A DNA stretch of 64,000 bases from Bacillota bacterium (GTDB lineage Bacteria > Bacillota > Sulfobacillia > JACIYH01): assembly GCA_014360055.1 (NCBI GenBank), contig JACIYH010000003.1, positions 6,235-70,234 on the forward strand, read 5' to 3'. Below are positions 38,729 to 48,156 of this stretch, piece by piece (position 1 is the first letter of the stretch; each line of letters opens with the position of its first letter). A program made the translations under genes and the position numbers. Under the pieces are notes generated by a model that saw only the letters and a list, made by a program, of their open reading frames with translations, was not told the origin of the DNA and made no database searches.

Positions 38729-38944
38729 GTGGAGATCAAAGAGGAAAAGACCAGGTTCGACGGGGTGAAGGTGGAGGTCCTGGGGCCCACCTATGAGCCG
38801 GGGAAGCCGGCCGACAAGGAGGAGGGCAACTGGCGCCGCAAGCTGCGTAACCGGGAGGAGATGCTCAAGTACCTGAAGACGAGCGAGCGTTACTGGTACA
38901 GTGCCGACTGGTACGGGAGCGAGCGGCGCAAGAACCCGGCTTAG
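38729..38944 (+). CDS. Small Lys/Glu/aromatic-rich protein (about 71 aa) leading the acs operon; function unknown
   Basis: GC3 about 90% (strong coding signature in this genome). RBS AGGGCAGGGGG precedes the GTG at 38723 or 38729. Sequence VEIKEEKTRFDGVKVEVLGPTYEPGKPADKEEGNWRRKLRNREEMLKYLKTSERYWYSADWYGSERRKNPA. Confidence 0.5.
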   Translation: MEIKEEKTRFDGVKVEVLGPTYEPGKPADKEEGNWRRKLRNREEMLKYLKTSERYWYSADWYGSERRKNPA

Positions 38945-39015
38945 CGGCGAACAGCCCGGCTGAGCCAGGCGAACGGCCCGGCTTAGCGGGGTGAACAGCC
39001 CGGCCCGGCGGGTGA
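38932..39015 (+). repeat. 3.5 tandem direct repeats with a 22-bp period (consensus about GCGAACAGCCCGGCTTAGCGGG)
   Basis: Units at 38932-38948, 38949-38970, 38971-38992 and 38993-39015. The first unit overlaps the last codons of the small ORF. The array lies between that ORF and acsD. Confidence 0.7.
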
Positions 39016-39046
39016 TACACTGCGGGGCCGCGAGAAACAGAATGGG

Positions 39047-40000
39047 GTGAGTTGGTTGGCTTTTACCATTCCCACCATCACGTACACGGGTAAGGTAAAG
39101 GAAATTTCCCTGGGGCCTCCGGAGCGGGCGGTCAAGGTGGGGAACGCCGGTTGCTACCCCTTCCACCTGTTCGAGGGGGAGATGGGCAATCCGCCCCGCA
39201 TCGCCATGGAAGTGTACGACGTGACGCCCGAGGACTGGCCCCCCGCGGCCCGGGAACCCTTCGCCGATGTGCTCTCCGACCCGGTGGCGTGGGCGAAGAA
39301 GTGCGTGGACGTCTACGGGGCGGAGATGGTCTGCCTGCAACTCGTGAGCACCGATCCCAACGGTTTGAACCGCCCGGCCGGGGAGGCGGCGGCCACGGCC
39401 AGGCGGGTGGCCGATGCCCTCACCGTGCCCCTCCTGGTCTGGGGTTCGGGAGATGTGGAGAAGGACGCCGAGGTCTTGCGCCAGGTCTGTGAGGCCTGCG
39501 AGGGCAAGCACCTGGTGGTGGGCCCCGTCCAGGACAAGAACTACAAGAAGATCGGCGCGCCCGCCATCGGTTACCGCCACACGGTGATCGCCTCGACTCC
39601 CATCGACGTCAACCTGGCCAAACAGCTCAACATCCTCCTGGGCAACCTGGGGGTGCCGGACGAACTGCTGGTGATGGACCCCACCGTGGGGGGCCTGGGT
39701 TACGGGCTGGAATACACCTACTCGGTGATGGAGCGTATGCGCATGGCTGCCCTCACCCAGCAGGACGACCGCCTGCAGTTCCCGCTGGTGTGCAACCTGG
39801 CCAAGGAAGTGTGGAAGGTCAAGGAGGTCAGGCTGGATGACCCCAAGCTGGGCGATCCCGGCAAGCGGGGCATCCTCATGGAAGCCATCACCGCGGTTCT
39901 CCTGGCGCTGGCCGGCGCCGACGTCCTCATCATGAGGCATCCGGAAGCGGTCCGGCTGGTGAGGGGCTACCTGGCCGAGATGATGGGCGTGGCGGCCTGA
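39047..40000 (+). CDS. acsD: Corrinoid iron-sulfur protein small (delta) subunit
   Basis: TIM-barrel CFeSP small-subunit motifs (FHLFEGEMGNPPRIAMEVYD; LVVGPVQDKNYKKIG; PIDVNLAKQLNILLGNLGVPDELLVMDPTVGGLGYGLEYTYSVMERMRMAAL; LMRHPEAV). Confidence 0.9.
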   Translation: MSWLAFTIPTITYTGKVKEISLGPPERAVKVGNAGCYPFHLFEGEMGNPPRIAMEVYDVTPEDWPPAAREPFADVLSDPVAWAKKCVDVYGAEMVCLQLVSTDPNGLNRPAGEAAATARRVADALTVPLLVWGSGDVEKDAEVLRQVCEACEGKHLVVGPVQDKNYKKIGAPAIGYRHTVIASTPIDVNLAKQLNILLGNLGVPDELLVMDPTVGGLGYGLEYTYSVMERMRMAALTQQDDRLQFPLVCNLAKEVWKVKEVRLDDPKLGDPGKRGILMEAITAVLLALAGADVLIMRHPEAVRLVRGYLAEMMGVAA

Positions 40001-40095
40001 AGCGGAAGTGCCCGGGGCCGGGACCGGGTTCCGTGCGGGCGGGTGCCGCCGGAGCGGGTGCCGCGGCGGCCCCGGGCGGGAAGGAGAGGTAGCAG

Positions 40096-42054
40096 ATGGC
40101 TGAGAATACGGACCGGAGTGTCTGCCCGGCCACGGTACAGTTGCTCGGTAAGGCCCAGCAGGAGGGTGTGAGCACCGCCTTTTTCCGGGCGGATCAGGTG
40201 AAGCCCTGCCCCATCGGGGCGGACGGCAGTTGCTGCCGCAACTGTGCCATGGGTCCCTGCCGGGTACTGCTGCCCCGGGGCAAGTCCGACCTGGAAGTGG
40301 AAGTCACCGGGGTGTGCGGGGCCACGACCGACACCATATCGGCCCGCAACTTCCTGCGCATGATCGCCGCCGGCGCGGCCGCCCACTCCGACCACGGGCG
40401 GGCGGTGGCGGAGACCCTGATCGCCGCTGCGAAGGGGGAGGCGCCGGGGTACTCCATCAAGGACGAGTACAAGCTCATGAAGCTGGCCCTCGACTTCGGC
40501 ATCGAGGTGGGAGACCGGCCCATCGAGGACATCGCCGTGGACGTGGGCCGGGCCGCCCTGGCCCAGTTCTCCCAGCAGGAAGGGGAACTCGCCTTCATCA
40601 AGAAGGCCCCCCTCAAGCGGCAGGAGATCTGGCGTAACCTGGGCATCGTCCCCCGCGGCATCGACCGCGAAATCGTAGAGATAATGCACCGTACCCACAT
40701 GGGCGTGGATCAAGACCCCGAGAGTCTCCTCATGCACGGGATGCGGGCGGCCCTGGCCGACGGCTGGGGCGGCTCCATGATCGGCACCGAACTGCAGGAC
40801 GTGCTCTTCGGCACCCCGCAGCCCATCCTGGGCCAGGTCAACCTGGGGGTGCTCAAGCCCGACCACGTCAACGTCATCGTACACGGGCACGAGCCCCTGC
40901 TCTCGGAGATGATCGTGCTGGCGGCGGAAGACCCGGAGATGCTGGCCCTGGCCCGGGCCAAGGGGGCGCAGGGGATCAACGTCGCCGGCATCTGCTGCAC
41001 GGCCAACGAGATCCTCATGCGCCACGGCATCCCCATCGCCGGCAACTTCCTGCAGCAGGAACTGGCCATCGTCACCGGTGTGGTGGACGCCATGGTGGTG
41101 GACGTGCAGTGCATCATGCAGTCCCTGCCCAAGGTGGCCCAGTGCTACCACACCCGCATCATCACCACTTCCAACCGGGCCCGTATCCCGGGTGCCACCC
41201 ACATCGAGTTCCACGAGCACGACGCCGTCAACGCCGCCAAGGCCATCGTGCGGGCGGCCATCGAGGCGTTCCCGCACCGCACCGGCCGGGTGGAGGTGCC
41301 GCCGCACCAGGTGGACTTCGTGGCTGGCTTCAGCCACGAGACCATCGAGTACCTGCTGGGCGGCGTGTTCCGCTCCTCGTACCGGCCTCTCAACGACAAC
41401 ATCATCAACGGGCGCATCCGCGGCGTGGCCGGGGTGGTGGGTTGCAACAACCCCCGGGTGGAACACGATGCCGTGCACGTGGCCATGGTCAAGGAACTGA
41501 TCAAGAACGACGTGCTGGTGTTGCAGACCGGTTGCAGCGCCATCGCCTGTGCCAAGGCGGGACTGATGACCCCGGAGGCGGCGAGCCAGTACGCGGGTGG
41601 CGGGTTGGCCGAAGTGTGCGAGACGGTGGGGATCCCGCCCGTCATCCACATGGGGTCGTGCGTGGACAACAGCCGCATCCTGATGGCGGCCACGGCCATG
41701 GTGAAGGAGGGCGGCCTGGGCGATGACATCAGCGACCTGCCCGCGGCCGGTGCCGCCCCCGAGTGGATGAGCGAGAAGGCCATCTCCATTGGCCAGTACT
41801 TCGTGGCCTCGGGCGTCTTCACCGTATTCGGGGTCACCTGGCCCACCACGGGGAGCGAGAAGTTCAGCCGCCTCCTCTTCGAAGGGCTGGAGGAAAAGGT
41901 GAAGGCGCGCTGGGCTTACGAGCCCGACCCCATCAAGGCGGCGAAGCTCATGATCGAGCACATCGACGCCAAGCGGAAGGCCCTCGGCATCGACAAGGCG
42001 CGCGAGCGGGTGCTCTACGACATGGCCATGCGCCGCGAGCTGGAAGCGCTCTGA
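40096..42054 (+). CDS. acsA: Carbon monoxide dehydrogenase catalytic subunit (Ni,Fe-CODH) of the CODH/ACS complex
   Basis: N-terminal CPIGADGSCCRNCAMGPCR cluster motif, the HSDHGR motif, and C-cluster ligands (IVHGHEP; CCTANE; GSCVDNSR). Confidence 0.95.
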   Translation: MAENTDRSVCPATVQLLGKAQQEGVSTAFFRADQVKPCPIGADGSCCRNCAMGPCRVLLPRGKSDLEVEVTGVCGATTDTISARNFLRMIAAGAAAHSDHGRAVAETLIAAAKGEAPGYSIKDEYKLMKLALDFGIEVGDRPIEDIAVDVGRAALAQFSQQEGELAFIKKAPLKRQEIWRNLGIVPRGIDREIVEIMHRTHMGVDQDPESLLMHGMRAALADGWGGSMIGTELQDVLFGTPQPILGQVNLGVLKPDHVNVIVHGHEPLLSEMIVLAAEDPEMLALARAKGAQGINVAGICCTANEILMRHGIPIAGNFLQQELAIVTGVVDAMVVDVQCIMQSLPKVAQCYHTRIITTSNRARIPGATHIEFHEHDAVNAAKAIVRAAIEAFPHRTGRVEVPPHQVDFVAGFSHETIEYLLGGVFRSSYRPLNDNIINGRIRGVAGVVGCNNPRVEHDAVHVAMVKELIKNDVLVLQTGCSAIACAKAGLMTPEAASQYAGGGLAEVCETVGIPPVIHMGSCVDNSRILMAATAMVKEGGLGDDISDLPAAGAAPEWMSEKAISIGQYFVASGVFTVFGVTWPTTGSEKFSRLLFEGLEEKVKARWAYEPDPIKAAKLMIEHIDAKRKALGIDKARERVLYDMAMRRELEAL

Positions 42055-42071
42055 GGACGGGGGGAAGAGAG

Positions 42072-44276
42072 ATGTCCAAGATCATCGCTTCGGCAGCCAT
42101 CCGCGGGGCCCACAAGCTGGTCGCCAGGGCGGAGGAGAAGTGGCAGCAGGCCATGGACCGCTGGGGCGCCAAACAGGAAGTGGGCTTCCCCAACACCGGC
42201 TACTACCTGCCCGTCATCTACGGCATCCTGGGGGTGCCGGTGAAGACCCTGGGCGACATGGAGCCGGTGCTCAAGAGGGCGAAGTCGCTCCTTCCCCCGC
42301 CCGTGCGCGAGAAAGTCCACCTGCCCTACCTGGGTCCGGTGCTGGACGCCGGCATGGCCACCATGTTCGCGGAAGAAATCATCGAGGCCATTCGCTACCT
42401 GGAGGAGCCCGACTTTTACACCAAGCAGGAAGAACCCGTGGACGGCCGCATCTGGCTGGGGGCGGCGGACGACATCATCCTGCGCCGGCGCGGCATCGAG
42501 TTCGTGGACGGCACCGCTCCCGGGTTCGCCGCCGTGGTGGGGGCGGCTCCCTCCCCGGAGGTAGCGGCGAAGATAGCACAGGAACTTCAGGAGAAGATGC
42601 TCTACGTGTTCATGGCCGCCGAGCACAACGGGGTGCGCTTCGGCGAGCAACTGGTCGAGGCGGGGGTGCAGATCGGCTGGCCCACCCGGCTGGTCACCTT
42701 CGGTCCCGACATCACCTCGGCCGTGTTCGCCATCGGCTTTGCCACCCGGGCGGCCATGTCCTTCGGCGGTATCGAGCCGGGAGACTTCCGCAAGATCCTG
42801 ATCTACAACAAGGACCGCATCTTCGCTTTCGTGCTGGCCATGGGGACGGTGACCGACGAGTGGTACGCCACCGCCGCCGGTGCCATCAACTGGGGCTTCC
42901 CCACCATCGCCGATACCCCCATCCCCCAGATCCTGCCCACCGGCGTGTGCACCTACGAGCACGTGGTCTCCAACGTGCCCCACGACCACATGGTGGCCAA
43001 AGCCATCGAGGTGCGCGGGCTGAAGGTCACCGTGACCAAGGTACCCGTTCCGGTGGCCTACGGGCCCGCGTTCGAGGGTGAGCGCGTACGCAAGGACGAC
43101 GTGTACCTGGAGTGCGGCGGCGGCCACAGTCCCTGCGTCGAGTGGTGCACCATGAAGAACATGGACGAGGTGGAGGACGGCAAGATTGAAGTCATCGGTC
43201 CCGAGATCGACGACGTCCCCGCCGGTTCCCACCTTCCCCTGGCCGTGGTGGTGGAGGTGGCGGGCCGCAAGATGCAGGAGGACTTCGAGCCCATCCTGGA
43301 GCGGCAGATCCACCACCTGGTCAACTACGCCCAGGGCGTGATGCACATCGGCCAGCGCGACATCGCCTGGTTCCGCATCAGCAAGCAGGCGAAGGAGAAG
43401 GGCTTCAAACTGCGCCACATCGGCCATATCCTGCACGCCAAACTGCACCAGGACTTCGGCACCATCTTCGACAAGGTGCAGGTGAAGCTGTACACCAGGG
43501 AAGAAGACGTCCTCCCCATCCTGGAGAAGGCACGTCAGGTCTACCGGGCGCGGGACGAGCGCATCGAGGGCATGACCGACGAGACCACCGACGTCTACTA
43601 TTCCTGCACCCTGTGCCAGTCCTTCGCCCCCGGTCACGTGTGCATGATCAGCCCCGAGCGCACCGGCCTGTGCGGTGCCTACAACTGGATGGACTGCAAG
43701 GCCTCTTACGAGATCAACCCCACCGGCCCCAACCAGCCCGTGCCCAAAGGCGAGTGCCTGGATCCCAAGCTGGGCCGCTTTAAGGGCGTGGACGAGTTCG
43801 TGGCCAAGGCTTCCCGCGGTAAGATCCAGACCTACAACTTCTACAGCATCGTGCACAACCCCATGACCACCTGCGGGTGCTGCGAGTGCATTGCCGCCGT
43901 CCTGCCCATCTGCAACGGCGTCATGACCGTCAACCGCGAGTACACGGGCATGACCCCCTGCGGGATGAAGTTCACCACCCTGGCGGGCATGGTGGGCGGC
44001 GGAGTGAGCACGCCCGGTTTCGTGGGACACAGCAAGTACTACATCACCCAGCGTAAGTTCATCGCCGGTGACGGCGGACTCTTGCGCCTGGTGTGGATGC
44101 CCAAGATGCTGAAGGAAGAGATACGGGAGCGGTTCGAGAAGCGGGCGGCCGAACTGGGGGTCCCCGACCTGCTCGACCGCATCGCCGACGAGACCGTGGG
44201 GGTGACGGAAGAAGAGATCCTCCCCTTCCTGGAGGAGAAGCAGCACCCGGCCCTCACCATGGAGCCCATCCTGTAA
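42072..44276 (+). CDS. acsB: Acetyl-CoA synthase (CODH/ACS beta subunit, A-cluster)
   Basis: Starts MSKIIASAAIRGAHKLV. The A-cluster motif is CTLCQSFAPGHVCMISPERTGLCGA...CGCCE. 734 aa. ATG at 42072 after GGGGAAGAGAG. Confidence 0.95.
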   Translation: MSKIIASAAIRGAHKLVARAEEKWQQAMDRWGAKQEVGFPNTGYYLPVIYGILGVPVKTLGDMEPVLKRAKSLLPPPVREKVHLPYLGPVLDAGMATMFAEEIIEAIRYLEEPDFYTKQEEPVDGRIWLGAADDIILRRRGIEFVDGTAPGFAAVVGAAPSPEVAAKIAQELQEKMLYVFMAAEHNGVRFGEQLVEAGVQIGWPTRLVTFGPDITSAVFAIGFATRAAMSFGGIEPGDFRKILIYNKDRIFAFVLAMGTVTDEWYATAAGAINWGFPTIADTPIPQILPTGVCTYEHVVSNVPHDHMVAKAIEVRGLKVTVTKVPVPVAYGPAFEGERVRKDDVYLECGGGHSPCVEWCTMKNMDEVEDGKIEVIGPEIDDVPAGSHLPLAVVVEVAGRKMQEDFEPILERQIHHLVNYAQGVMHIGQRDIAWFRISKQAKEKGFKLRHIGHILHAKLHQDFGTIFDKVQVKLYTREEDVLPILEKARQVYRARDERIEGMTDETTDVYYSCTLCQSFAPGHVCMISPERTGLCGAYNWMDCKASYEINPTGPNQPVPKGECLDPKLGRFKGVDEFVAKASRGKIQTYNFYSIVHNPMTTCGCCECIAAVLPICNGVMTVNREYTGMTPCGMKFTTLAGMVGGGVSTPGFVGHSKYYITQRKFIAGDGGLLRLVWMPKMLKEEIRERFEKRAAELGVPDLLDRIADETVGVTEEEILPFLEEKQHPALTMEPIL

Positions 44277-44383
44277 GTTGGGTACCCGGCCTGCGGGTCC
44301 GGGCCCCAAGCCCGCGAGGGGTGCACCCTCTGAGCCGGAGCCCATCCCGTGAGGCGGGGAGCCCGCCACCAGAGAAAGGACGG

Positions 44384-45742
44384 ATGTCGATGCCACTCAC
44401 CGGGATCGAGATATTCAAGCTCCTGCCCCGCACCAACTGCGGCCAGTGCGGGGTGCCCACCTGCCTGGCCTTCGCCATGAACCTGGCCGCGGGCAAGGCC
44501 GAACTCTCCTCCTGTCCCCACGTCTCCGAAGAGGCCAAGGCCAAGCTGGAGGAGGCCTCGGCTCCGCCCATCCGCCCCGTGACCATCGGGGCCGGCGAGG
44601 GGCAGGTGAAGATCGGCGGCGAGACCGTCCTCTTCCGCCACGAGAAGCGGTTCGAGAACCCCACCGCCATTGCCATGCTGGTGCGCGACGACATGTCGGA
44701 CGACGAGATCGCCGCCCGCCTGGAGAAGTTCCGCACCCTGCGCTACGAGCGGGTGGGGCTCATGCTCAAGCCGGACATGGTGGCCCTGGAGGCTGCCTCG
44801 GGCGACCCGGAGCGCTTCGCCCGGGTGGCGGCCCGCGTGCACGCCGATACGGGCGGGGCGGCCATGGTACTCATGAGCGAGCAGCCCCCGCTGCTGGCCC
44901 GGGCCCTGGAAGCGGTGCCGGGCAGCCGTCCCCTCCTCTACGGGGTCACCACGGAGAACCTGGAGGCCATGCTGGAACTGGCGAAGGCCCACCAGGCCTC
45001 CCTGGGGGTGAAAGGGAACAGCATCGATGAGGCCATCGCCGCCAGCCAGAAGCTGCTGGACCTGGGGTGCAAGAACGTGGTGCTGGACGGGGGTGCCCGG
45101 AGCCTGAAGGCCGCCTTCGAGGAGCAGGTGGCCATCCGTCGGGCCGCGCTCCTGCAGAAGTTCCGCCCCCTGGGGTTCCCCACCATCGTGTTCCCGTGCC
45201 GCATGACCGATGATCCCATGAAGGAGGCGCTCATCGCCGCCACCTTCATCGCCAAATACGGTGGTATCGTGGTGCTTTCCGACCTGGAGGGTCACTCCCT
45301 GTTCCCGCTGCTGGTGGCGCGGCTGAACATCTTCACCGACCCGCAGCGGCCCATGGCCACCAGCGAGGGCATCTACCCCATCGGCAACCCGGACGACAAG
45401 TCGCCCGTGCTGGTGACCTCCAACTTCTCGCTGACCTACTTCATCGTCTCGGGCGAGATCGAGAACAGCCGGGTGCCGGCCTGGTTGCTGGTGCAGGATA
45501 CCGAGGGCCTCTCCGTGCTCACCGCCTGGGCGGCGGGCAAGTTCGTGGCCGACACCATCGCCGCCCTGGTGAAGAAGTCGGGTATCGCCGACCGGGTGTC
45601 CCACCGCAAGATCGTCATCCCCGGCCACCTGGCGGCGGAGAGCGGTGCCCTGGAAGACGAATTGAAGGGATGGCAGGTACTGGTGGGTCCGCGGGAGGGT
45701 GCCCATATCCCCGCGTACCTCAAGAACTGGCAGGCTGCTTGA
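44384..45742 (+). CDS. acsC: Corrinoid iron-sulfur protein large (gamma) subunit
   Basis: N-terminal [4Fe-4S] motif LPRTNCGQCGVPTCLAFAMNLAAGKAELSSCP, then a TIM-barrel and a B12-binding domain. Confidence 0.95.
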   Translation: MSMPLTGIEIFKLLPRTNCGQCGVPTCLAFAMNLAAGKAELSSCPHVSEEAKAKLEEASAPPIRPVTIGAGEGQVKIGGETVLFRHEKRFENPTAIAMLVRDDMSDDEIAARLEKFRTLRYERVGLMLKPDMVALEAASGDPERFARVAARVHADTGGAAMVLMSEQPPLLARALEAVPGSRPLLYGVTTENLEAMLELAKAHQASLGVKGNSIDEAIAASQKLLDLGCKNVVLDGGARSLKAAFEEQVAIRRAALLQKFRPLGFPTIVFPCRMTDDPMKEALIAATFIAKYGGIVVLSDLEGHSLFPLLVARLNIFTDPQRPMATSEGIYPIGNPDDKSPVLVTSNFSLTYFIVSGEIENSRVPAWLLVQDTEGLSVLTAWAAGKFVADTIAALVKKSGIADRVSHRKIVIPGHLAAESGALEDELKGWQVLVGPREGAHIPAYLKNWQAA

Positions 45743-45760
45743 GGAAGGGGGGCACAGGCG

Positions 45761-46639
45761 GTGATCCTCATCGGCGAGAACCTGAACATCATGTCCAAGA
45801 TCTACGGCCCCGCCATCAAGGGGCGGGACGCCGCCCCGATCCAGGAACTGGTCCGGCAGGAAGCGGCGGCGGGGATGGACTACATCGACGTCAACATCGG
45901 TCCCGCCCGCAAGGGTGGTGCCGAGACCATGACCTGGCTGGTGCAGACCGTCCAGGAAGCCGTGGACCTGCCCCTGTCCCTGGACACCACCAATCCGGAG
46001 GCGGTGGAGGCGGGGCTGAAGGTCCACCGGGGCAAGGCCCTCATCAACTCCATTTCCCTGCAGCCGGAGCGCCTGGAGAAGGAATTGCCCCTGGTGACGC
46101 AATACGGCTGCGCCATGGTGGGGCTGCTCTGGGGGACGGAGGGCATGCCCCGCGATGCCAACGAGCGGGCGGCCCTGTGTGTGGACCTGGTCTACCGGGC
46201 CACCGCGGCCGGCATCCCCGAGGAGGACATCTGGATCGACCCCATCGTCACCCCGGTTTCGGTGGACATCAACCAGGTGAAGTCCTGCCTGGAGTTCATG
46301 AGCATGCTGGGGGAGATTGCCCCCGGCTGCAAGTCCGTGGTGGGGCTCTCCAACGTGTCCAACGGCACGCCAGCCCGGCTTCGGCCCTACCTTAACCGGA
46401 CTTACCTCATGATGTTCATGAAGTACGGGTTGCACGCCGCCATCGTGGACGCCTTCGACGAGGACCTGGTGGCTATCGCCCGGGGGAAGCGGCCGGACCT
46501 GGTCTCCCTGGTCCACCGCATGATGGACGGCGAGAACCCGGACTTCGCGAAGCTGACGCCGGAGGAGGTCGCCTACGCCAAGACGGTGCGCGTCCTCACC
46601 GGTCAGATCGTGTACTCCCACTCCTGGCTGGAGGTGTGA
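45761..46639 (+). CDS. acsE: Methyltetrahydrofolate:corrinoid iron-sulfur protein methyltransferase
   Basis: Pterin-binding TIM barrel (ILIGENLNIMSK...YIDVNIGP...ALINSIS...). GTG start. Confidence 0.95.
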   Translation: MILIGENLNIMSKIYGPAIKGRDAAPIQELVRQEAAAGMDYIDVNIGPARKGGAETMTWLVQTVQEAVDLPLSLDTTNPEAVEAGLKVHRGKALINSISLQPERLEKELPLVTQYGCAMVGLLWGTEGMPRDANERAALCVDLVYRATAAGIPEEDIWIDPIVTPVSVDINQVKSCLEFMSMLGEIAPGCKSVVGLSNVSNGTPARLRPYLNRTYLMMFMKYGLHAAIVDAFDEDLVAIARGKRPDLVSLVHRMMDGENPDFAKLTPEEVAYAKTVRVLTGQIVYSHSWLEV

Positions 46640-46646
46640 GGCGGCA

Positions 46647-47399
46647 GTGATGGGCCTGGGGGAGAGCTACCGCCAGGCCCTGGCCCTGGCCCGGCAAGAG
46701 CTGGGCCGGGCGTCGGGGGAGGAACTGGGCCGCCGGGTGGCGGCCGCCGGGGCGGAATTGCTACCTCCGGGCTCCCCGGGAGCCGGCCCTGCCGGGGCCA
46801 TCCGGGTCTCCTTCCTGGGCCGTCCCCTCCTGGTCTCCCTCCCCGATGCCGTCGTGGTGCCTGCGGGTGGGGCGTCACTCGCGCAGGAGGAGCCGGCGGT
46901 TGCGGGTGGACCCGCACCCGGACAGCAGGGCCGGGCGGCGGGCGGCGAGGCGGCGGAAGTGCCGCAGTGGCTGGCCATCCTCACGCTCCACTACCTGAAC
47001 GGGGCCGGGGGGGAACCCCTCACCGGCGAACTCATCCCCTTCCGGGACCTGCCCGGGGGGCGGGTGTACGACTCCAACTTCGAGAAGCGCGTCAGGGCCC
47101 GGCTGGTGAGGGCGTTCTCCCACCAGCCGGCCCTGCTCCTGGAAGTGGCCGCACGCCTGGGAGGCGAAGCGGTGGATATGGGGGACGCGGGAGTGCGGCT
47201 GGTCACCTTCCCCCGCGTACCCCTGTGGCTGGTGCTCTGGGCCGCCGACGACGAATTCCCGGCGGGGGCCAATGTGCTCTTCGACTCCAGCGTGCGGTCG
47301 TACCTGTGCACGGAGGACGCCGTGGTGCTCTGCGAGCAGGTGACATCGGAACTTATCAAAATGGTGCGGGAAGGCGAGGTACGAAGGCAAGGTGCCTAA
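46647..47399 (+). CDS. DUF3786-like protein conserved in acs clusters
   Basis: Sits between acsE and cooC, as in other acetogen acs loci (established knowledge). The sequence has no recognisable catalytic motif. Confidence 0.6.
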   Translation: MMGLGESYRQALALARQELGRASGEELGRRVAAAGAELLPPGSPGAGPAGAIRVSFLGRPLLVSLPDAVVVPAGGASLAQEEPAVAGGPAPGQQGRAAGGEAAEVPQWLAILTLHYLNGAGGEPLTGELIPFRDLPGGRVYDSNFEKRVRARLVRAFSHQPALLLEVAARLGGEAVDMGDAGVRLVTFPRVPLWLVLWAADDEFPAGANVLFDSSVRSYLCTEDAVVLCEQVTSELIKMVREGEVRRQGA

Positions 47400-48144
47400 G
47401 CACGTGTCGGTGGCCGGCAAGGGCGGGACGGGAAAGACCACCCTGTCGGCTTTGCTGGTGAAGTGGTTGCTGGGAACGGGCAGGACCCCCGTACTGGTGG
47501 TGGACGCCGATCCCAACGCCAACCTGGGGGAGGCCCTGGGGGTGAAGTGGGAGGGGACCATCTCCGAGGTCCTCGAGAAGGCCAAGGCCAAGCAGGGGTC
47601 GGCGGCGGGGATGACCACCAGCACTTTCATCGAGTACGAACTCAACCGGGTGCTCACCGAGGCGCACGGGTTCGATCTGCTGGTGCTGGGTGGTCCGGAG
47701 GGCCCGGGGTGTTACTGCTTCCCCAACGAGATGCTGCGTCACTACATGGAAGAACTGAGCGGCAACTACCCCTATCTGGTGATGGACAACGAGGCGGGCC
47801 TGGAGCACCTCAGCCGCCGGGTGGCCCGGGACGTGGACGTGCTGCTGGTGACCAGCGATCCCACCGTGCGGGGGATCCGCTCGGCGGAGCGTATCGCCCG
47901 GCTGGCCCGGTCTCTGGGGGTGGTGTCGGGCCGGGTGGAGTTCGTGCTCTCCATGGCCCGCGACGGCGACGAAGGGGCCCTGCGCGGAGAGATGGAGGCC
48001 CTGGGGGTCACGCCGGCGGCAGTGATCCCCTACGACGATACGGTGGTGGAGTTCGACCTGAGGGGAAAGCCCCTGTTTGACCTGCCCGCCGATTCGCCCG
48101 CCTGGCGCGCGGTGGCGGATCTGGCGGAGAAGCTGGGATTGTGA
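47392..48144 (+). CDS. cooC: CODH/ACS nickel-insertion accessory ATPase (CooC/AcsF, MinD/ParA family)
   Basis: Deviant Walker A GKGGTGKTT, and a CxC metal motif (GPGCYCFPN). Confidence 0.9.
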   Translation: MPKHVSVAGKGGTGKTTLSALLVKWLLGTGRTPVLVVDADPNANLGEALGVKWEGTISEVLEKAKAKQGSAAGMTTSTFIEYELNRVLTEAHGFDLLVLGGPEGPGCYCFPNEMLRHYMEELSGNYPYLVMDNEAGLEHLSRRVARDVDVLLVTSDPTVRGIRSAERIARLARSLGVVSGRVEFVLSMARDGDEGALRGEMEALGVTPAAVIPYDDTVVEFDLRGKPLFDLPADSPAWRAVADLAEKLGL

Positions 48145-48156
48145 GGCGACGTCCCC

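Noticed and set aside
38932-39015. Possible CRISPR array
   Set aside because: Only 3.5 directly abutting 22-bp units with no spacers and no cas genes. It is a simple tandem repeat.
42015-46621. 793-aa and 860-aa minus-strand ORFs
   Set aside because: Antisense to acsB, acsC and acsE. No motifs.
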